Part shown: positions 57,805-64,000 of the stretch, in pieces
How positions within the stretch are numbered: the first letter of the stretch is position 1
How the letters are laid out: every line of letters begins with the position of its first letter
Assembly: GCA_050084515.1 (NCBI GenBank)
Contig: CM114271.1
Span: 11,966,001-12,030,000 of the forward strand
Source: Blasia pusilla
Taxonomy: Eukaryota
Direction of reading: 5' to 3'
DNA length: 64,000 nucleotides
Translations under genes and position numbers: made by a program
Notes under the pieces: generated by a model
Told to the model about the DNA's origin: nothing
The model's database searches: none
The model's input: the letters and a program-made list of their open reading frames with translations, nothing else

Positions 57805-58717
57805 TATCAAGTTTGCTTATCGCTAAATCACAAATGTCAAATTGTTTCAGCTACCTAAACTATGGGATGTACAAGTTGTATTTCTGGTCCAAAATTGTGA
57901 GTAGTACATAAGGAACATAAGCTCAAATTATGACTACAATTGTTTTTTAAGATTTCAAAATTGATCAATGAAGTTATTCAAGGAATTGCACCGCCCCACA
58001 GATTGAGTTTTGGGACATTATCCCCCTAGCTAATAGTGGACAATTTCGTGTGCTGGACTATTGTCCACTAGTTGGGAGTGAACTAAAAAATTTGAAGTCG
58101 TTTAAGAACCGTGAGAGTAGTTAACCCTAAACATTGAGCTAGTTAGAATTTTACAAAGACACTGCTTATAGAGTTTATTGTGATTGTGATTTGATTGGGT
58201 TGAGTGCTGTTTAATACATTGGGAAGTGCATGAAGCATTACCTAGCTCACGTGTCTGATTTGTTTCTCACAGCATTTGGTGGGAATAACCAGATACTGAA
58301 TCAAATTATTTATCAAGAAAATTTTCCTTTTAAGGATCGGACACCTTTTTGATAGTTACAAGCCGCCCGCTCAATGGTAACTTTTCCTCACATCTACCCA
58401 CGCTACAATGGTGAATTTGCGACTTACTGCAATTAAGGACTTCCACTTGGTTCACCCAATTTTCCACACATCATTTGGACACACTATTGTTTGGGTTTTT
58501 GCCCATCCACATTGTGTCGGCTGACTTGATTTCGACCCGCTCTAACAAGCTGGGGGCCGTATACTTGTTTGGTCTTCACATATTCCAATCATCATCGCCA
58601 TTGGAGAAATGGACTCTCCTTAGCTACGTCACTCCTTGTAGGAAATTTGGTCTTCGGTGACTTTGTAATGTAGAGGGTTGAGGCCCCGGGATACACCTAA
58701 ATGGTAAACATTTGCCA

Positions 58718-59115
58718 CTAGTAAGGTGCCCGTGAGATGCATGCGAAATAAAAAAGTGTTTGAAGAGCTAGTGTATAGGCCGTGAAGGGAAGAGATTAAT
58801 GATGCCGCACAAAAGTTCAATTTTTTTTCTTACTGCTCCTAATATATGAAACATTTTCTTGTTGCCCGATTGCCACGTGTCAAGTAGAGAGGGGTTTACA
58901 AATCAAGAAGGCACTCTCCCATGATACTATAGATAAGGTGTTCGTGTGATGCATGTGAAATAAAAAAGTATTTGAAAAACTAGTACATAGGTCGTGAAGA
59001 GAAAAAATTAATAGGTTGCACATAATTTCAAACTTTTATTATTACGCTTAACATAGCAAGTGAAACATTTTTTTTTTCCCAATTGCGAAAAAAAAAACCT
59101 CTCCTATAATATTTT
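58718..59115 (-). mobile_element. Two tandem mini-Helitrons upstream of HRD1
   Basis: Reverse complement gives gcatctcacgggcaccttaCTAG (end at 58718) and 5' TCTATAGTATCATGGGAGA (start at 58933). A second related copy spans 58934-~59115. Confidence 0.65.
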
Positions 59116-59867
59116 TAATGAATTTAGTCTCTGAAAAGAGGACCTTTTATTTCCCCGTTCTAAACTGTCTTGGTACCCCCTCTCTGCATGCCTTGTTTTT
59201 CACTGGTCGACGGGAAAATCCCACCGCTGCGCACGGCCGGGGCAGCGACGGGAGCGAGTCATTCGGGCGAGCATCGCGTTGCGGAGCAGGAAAGGGGAAC
59301 GGGAGATGAGATGGAAATGGAGGCGGGGAAAGGAAGTAGGAGGAGGACGGCGATGAGGAATTGAGAAAGGGGAATTCGGAGCGAAGTGAGAAGGAAGGCG
59401 AGATCTGGGTGGAGCAGAACATCGTTCGCAGTGGCGCAGTAGATCTGTTCGATGATGTGATGGTCTATGTTTCCATGGGATATGGATGAGGAGGTGGATG
59501 CGCATTAGCAGTAACGCGTTAACTGTGATTGAGATTCTCTCCGGATCGATCGGCGGAGGTTTTCCGCAGAGTTGGCGCAGTAATATATAGTAGAGGAGGA
59601 AGATAGATAGAGAGAGAGAGAGAGGTGCTGGTCAGACTGCGTGTCAACAAATTGGAACGAGGTGGAAGTGGAGAGATAGAAATTAGGACCGGGTGATCAG
59701 TATCGTGTAAGAAAAGGAAAGAGATCTATGGATATAATTGACTGAACGAAGCAGTTGGAAGTAATTGAACGAAAGCAATTGTTCTCAGGGCAGAAGCCGT
59801 CCGGTGAGACAGGCATACAAACAGAAACACAGACTGACAGAGAAGAGGGAAGAAACAGGAATTGAGG

Positions 59868-62138
59868 ATGGTGAAGTTTGGAAGGTATGCGGCAGTGAGT
59901 GCCGTAGGTGCTTCAGCAGTGATATTCCATGCCTTCAAGAGTAGAGAACAATTCTACCCGGCCATGCTGTATCTGGCTACGTCAAAAATTAGCCTGGTGC
60001 TCTTGTTGAATATGGCTCTTGTGGTAATTTGTGCGATCTGGCAATTGATCAAGGGCATTTTCTTGGGGCCTTTAAGAGAGGTTGAAGTGGAACGCTTGAA
60101 TGAGCAGTTGTGGAGAGAAGTCATGGAGATTTTGTTTGCGATGACTGTTTTCCGGGATGAGTTCAATGTATCGTTCGTCACGACTATCATCGTCCTTCTC
60201 TTTATCAAGGCCTTTCACTGGCTAGCACAGACTAGGGTGGAGTATATTGAGACAACGCCCTCCGTTTCGCGGCTCTCTCATGTACGCATCATCAGCTTCA
60301 TGGCGCTTCTGCTCATTCTGGACTGCGTTCTATTCAATCACTCGTTCTCTAATCTCCTCAAGACCAGACAACCATCAGTCTCCCTTTTTTTTGCGTTCGA
60401 GTAAGAATTGACTCACGTTCACGATTCGAATCCTTCGTTGCCAATTGTCTACTCCTGTACATTGGTCTGTGCACTTGCTGAACGTGTCCCTGAATTAGGG
60501 TTGATGAACTTGATTTTAATGGGCTGGTTCATTTCAAGGCTTTCACATTTTCACGTCTTGTAGTTCTCGACAGCTCTAGCTTGGGGCTTCTTATCTCGAC
60601 CAGCATGCTACGTTTGTGCAAAGTTGAATTTTGCGTAAGATTACATTTCATCTATTCGAGATGCTGATTCAAGTCACGTCCTCCAGATTTAACTTCTGAA
60701 ACTGAGAAAAAATATAGATCTGTATATTTTCTCTGGACTCAATTCTCTCAGACATGAACAGATGTCATTTCTAATACTGTGCAGGTATGTCATACTGGCG
60801 ACTTCCACTATGGCAACATTTGTGAAATATTCTCTATATTTGGGCGACCTATTCATGGAAGGGCAATGGGATAACAAGGCTGTTTATGTTTTCTATCTCG
60901 AGCTTGTGCGAGACCTTCTTCATCTTTCTCTTTATCTTTTCTTCTTCCTCGTCATTTTCATGTAAGAATCATCAGCAAGTACACACCCCAGTTTGGACTA
61001 TTTTTTAATACAATGTTCCTTGATTTCCACTTTTTTCTTTTTAACTTGTTTATGGTTATAAAATCATTCCAAGCCTTGTGGTAGCTGAAACCCGTGAATG
61101 GGGTTGTGTCCTTTGCAGAAATTACGGCTTACCACTCCATTTGGTGCGGGAGCTTTATGAGACATTCCGGAATTTTAAAACACGAGTTGCTGATTTCATT
61201 CGATACAGGAACATAACATCAAATATGAATGACCGTTTTCCTGATGCTACTCCTGAAGAGCTCGGGAGGTAATTCCTAAGATTTCATATGGCAACCAAAA
61301 TGTTGAAACGATGCATTTTTAGGATACCTGTATGTCAATGCACAACTGTGGTTTGATGTGAATTTTTATTTCACAACTTATTTCTTGAATAAGGACTTTT
61401 CTGTTTCTGGACCAATACTTAAACTGCAAGCTCAAAACTTCCTGTGTTGTATGTGGAAGGTCAGTACTCAGAATACAGTATTACAATCTAGTGGGAGATG
61501 ATATTCGTATTTTTTGTAGTTTATGGTGCGGTCCTGAAGTTACTGTGGGCAAAGTTGATGGAATTGGAAATTGGAGATGCAGGAGTGATGCAACTTGTAT
61601 AATTTGTCGGGAAGAGATGTCTACAGCAAAGAAGCTTCCCTGTGGCCATCTCTTTCACATACATTGTTTACGCTCATGGCTAGAGCGCCAGCAGACATGT
61701 CCAACTTGCCGATCATCAGTGCTGGCCTCAGAAGTTACAAGCACTGCTGGAGATCCTGCAGCTCCCCATCCACCCCTACAAGTAGAAGAACATGCCCTTC
61801 AAGGTTTACCCGTTCATCTTTTTCATCCTATCTAACAACAGTTGGATTTTTTAAGCCCTGCATTTGGATTGAAGGTTTGCAAAATCACTTTGATTTGTGC
61901 CAGATCTCAGCAGTGTGATCTTATAATAAAAAGGGGTTTTCTTTGACATTTTACTGGTGGCAGGACAAGGTCATGTTGGTCAGACAGTTGTGACTCAGCT
62001 AAATCGACAAATTCCAGGCCATGGCCCGGGTGGTCCTAGTGTACAGCAGGAAAGACTTTACAATGCAGCGACATCAGCTGCTTCTCAATATCAATCTTCC
62101 TTTGTGTATCCAACAATGAGGACTGACATCACCAATTG
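59868..62138 (+). CDS. HRD1: ERAD E3 ubiquitin ligase HRD1, exons 1-5 (59868-60400, 60785-60961, 61119-61268, 61583-61803, 61964-62138); continues beyond the window
   Basis: QFYPAMLYL, FLGPLREVEVERLNE, LPLHLVRELY, MNDRFPDATPEEL, RING-H2 CIICREEM...LPCGHLFHIHCLRSWLERQQTCPTCR. GT-AG introns keep phase. Confidence 0.93.
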
Positions 62139-63154
62139 GTAAGTGATCACTTCACCCAAATCAGGGGTATGGGTGTTAGAAGATTCAGCTGGATACAGAA
62201 CTATTATCAAGAATACTTGGTAATTAGCTGCTACTTTTTGAATAACTCACAAGATTAGAAATGGAAGAAAGACACCATCTGCTTCCCATCTACTCATCTA
62301 CATCTACTGCTATGGAAAAGAATCCCGTCTTTCTGCAGAGATTCAGGTCTAATGATTTGTAGCAAATCAGAAAACTGAATTTGAGTGCCGTGGGTAGGGC
62401 ACAGCCTTCAATTAAGTTATGTGAGGGCCCTTATCAGATAAGGACAACTATTGTGAGAAGTCTAGTGAGGATATGCCTCTATCTAACCTGTACTGGTTAG
62501 TGAAAGTTATTTGGTAGAACCAAGCACTCTCTTCCAGCTAGTTTCGTGTTCTCAATTTTAAAAAGGGGAGGTTGTCACATAATCTGTGTCTAGAGCTTTG
62601 AGATCTGATACGTATTCTATCCTCTCAAGCTATGCATCTGTAATGAACTTCTACCGATTTCTAAACCATGAGTTCGTTCTCGCCTATTTGCTCTTCACTC
62701 CCCCTACCTAAGCACATAGAGGGGAGATTAGTATATTGAGTGAAGCACTGCCCTGGGTAGAGCCCCATGATGGCAAAATAGCAACGAATGAGGGAAAACT
62801 CGACTGATGAGGTCTAAGACATGATCAGTGTCAAGTGGGAGATCATTGAGATCCAGTGGATAACACCAACTGATCACACCAAACTCTTGCCACTATGTCA
62901 GGAAAAAAATGAGGCAGTGTGACAAGGAAAGACTACAAGCAGCTATCTCACACAATCTATCGAGGTTACACCTCACTTGAAAGTAGCATCCATCATAAAC
63001 CAGTTCTCTGAATTGGAAGCAAAATGGGAAAGTTTCCAGGCCACCCAGACGTTGGTCTAGAATACAATGATGCAAGCATCAAGAGAAGAACAAGGCAGAT
63101 GGATGTCCAGCAAGGAATGGAAACTCCTCGAATGAACTGCCCATAAGACAACCA

Positions 63155-63201
63155 TGACTGTACTCATTAAGCAGTGCCTGTCATAGCCTTGCGACCATAG
63201 A
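63155..63201 (-). mobile_element. Ultra-short 5'-truncated LINE copy with 15-bp TSD
   Basis: Matches the 3' end of the LINE at 20510-20549. cccataagacaacca at 63140-63154 and 63202-63216. Confidence 0.8.
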
Positions 63202-63801
63202 CCCATAAGACAACCACCATGCAAATGGAGTTGGCCACTTTGAGGGCTGAGATCCTGCAACTGAAGATGGACTTAGTAGCTTCCCTCAAAGAAGATAACA
63301 CTGAGATGGGGAAGGTAATGCAGGAGTACCCGCCCAGCTGAGACCACTTCCACAAATCCAAGTAGAACCTGGACAGAAGTAGTTGGCAAGCACACTGCTA
63401 CAACACAAATCACGGAGGAAGCAACATAAGTAGCCGAAGAGGTTGCTAAAGGGGAAGCAGATAGAGTCATAGAACTCCAGGACAGGAAGACAAGAGAGCT
63501 CAATCTAGTCATCATGGGACTAAATTTCTCCAAAGAGGAGGATTGCAATCAGGTGCTACAAGAGAAAGTCTTCACAACTCTGGGGGTCACACCAACAATC
63601 ACCCACAAAGGGATCAGCCGGGGGAAAGGAACAAGTGATCGACCAGCTCCATTGTTGGTATAATTTGGTCCCTCTCAACGGGATTGAGCAATGGAGACAA
63701 TATTGACTATCCTCCTAAGTAAAGCAGCTCTGAAAGGCTCAACAATCCGCATCTTTCCAGACTTGACGACCAAGCAAAGAGTGGAGCTCCCCATTGAAAG
63801 A

Positions 63802-63867
63802 TTCTACTCATTAAGTAGTGCCTGTCGTAGCCTTGCGACCATAGACCCCGCGCCCTGGTTGGATGGT
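63802..63867 (-). mobile_element. Ultra-short 5'-truncated LINE copy with ~16-bp TSD
   Basis: Matches ~20486-20549. Flanks gctccccattgaaaga and gctcccaattgaaaga. Confidence 0.8.
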
Positions 63868-64000
63868 GCTCCCAATTGAAAGAGAGAGGTGTGTGCTGCG
63901 GGCAGCAAACACCTTTGGAGTGGGCTCCGCGGAGGGAAGGCCACAACACCTGTACCTAGGGATCGCAACAATGTAGCAATGAGCAGCAATGAGTGAAAAC

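Larger units (their letters stand above)
62690..64000 (+). mobile_element. 5' part (ORF1) of a second LINE inside an HRD1 intron
   Basis: RELNLVIMGL...RPAPLLV...LKGSTIRIFPDLTTKQR, typical of LINE ORF1 (Transposase_22-like). Degenerate; the start is approximate. Confidence 0.6.

Noticed and set aside
62804-62830. CTGATGAG hammerhead-ribozyme core
   Set aside because: No GAAA follows the putative stem II, so the core is incomplete.

Overview
Eukaryotic, most likely non-seed land-plant (bryophyte-like) genomic DNA dominated by nested, mostly decayed transposons. Only two host genes are recognisable: an intronless KRI1 homolog (minus, 22411-24321) and the first five exons of an HRD1 ERAD E3 ligase (plus, from 59868, running off the window). 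The transposons are: two tandem Mutator-like (DDE+SWIM) copies whose intron is an array of palindromic repeats; a second, minus-strand MULE/SWIM element; a LINE inside a (CT)n tract, plus two ultra-short copies of its 3' end; a ~17 kb Helitron interrupted by a complete chromovirus Ty3/Gypsy element (1030-bp LTRs, 5-bp TSD); clusters of mini-Helitrons; Copia fragments; and a dispersed LTR-like family. The most unusual signal is two decayed copies of a C5 DNA-cytosine methyltransferase domain lying between a retroviral-type protease and the start of reverse transcriptase, together with two integrase-tail + PHD-finger fragments attached to that LTR-like family. Together these suggest a Gypsy-type retrotransposon family (PR-DNMT-RT...IN-PHD) carrying its own DNA methyltransferase and a histone reader. 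The link between the DNMT and PHD pieces is inferred, not observed. All calls come from manual reading and translation; no searches were run.
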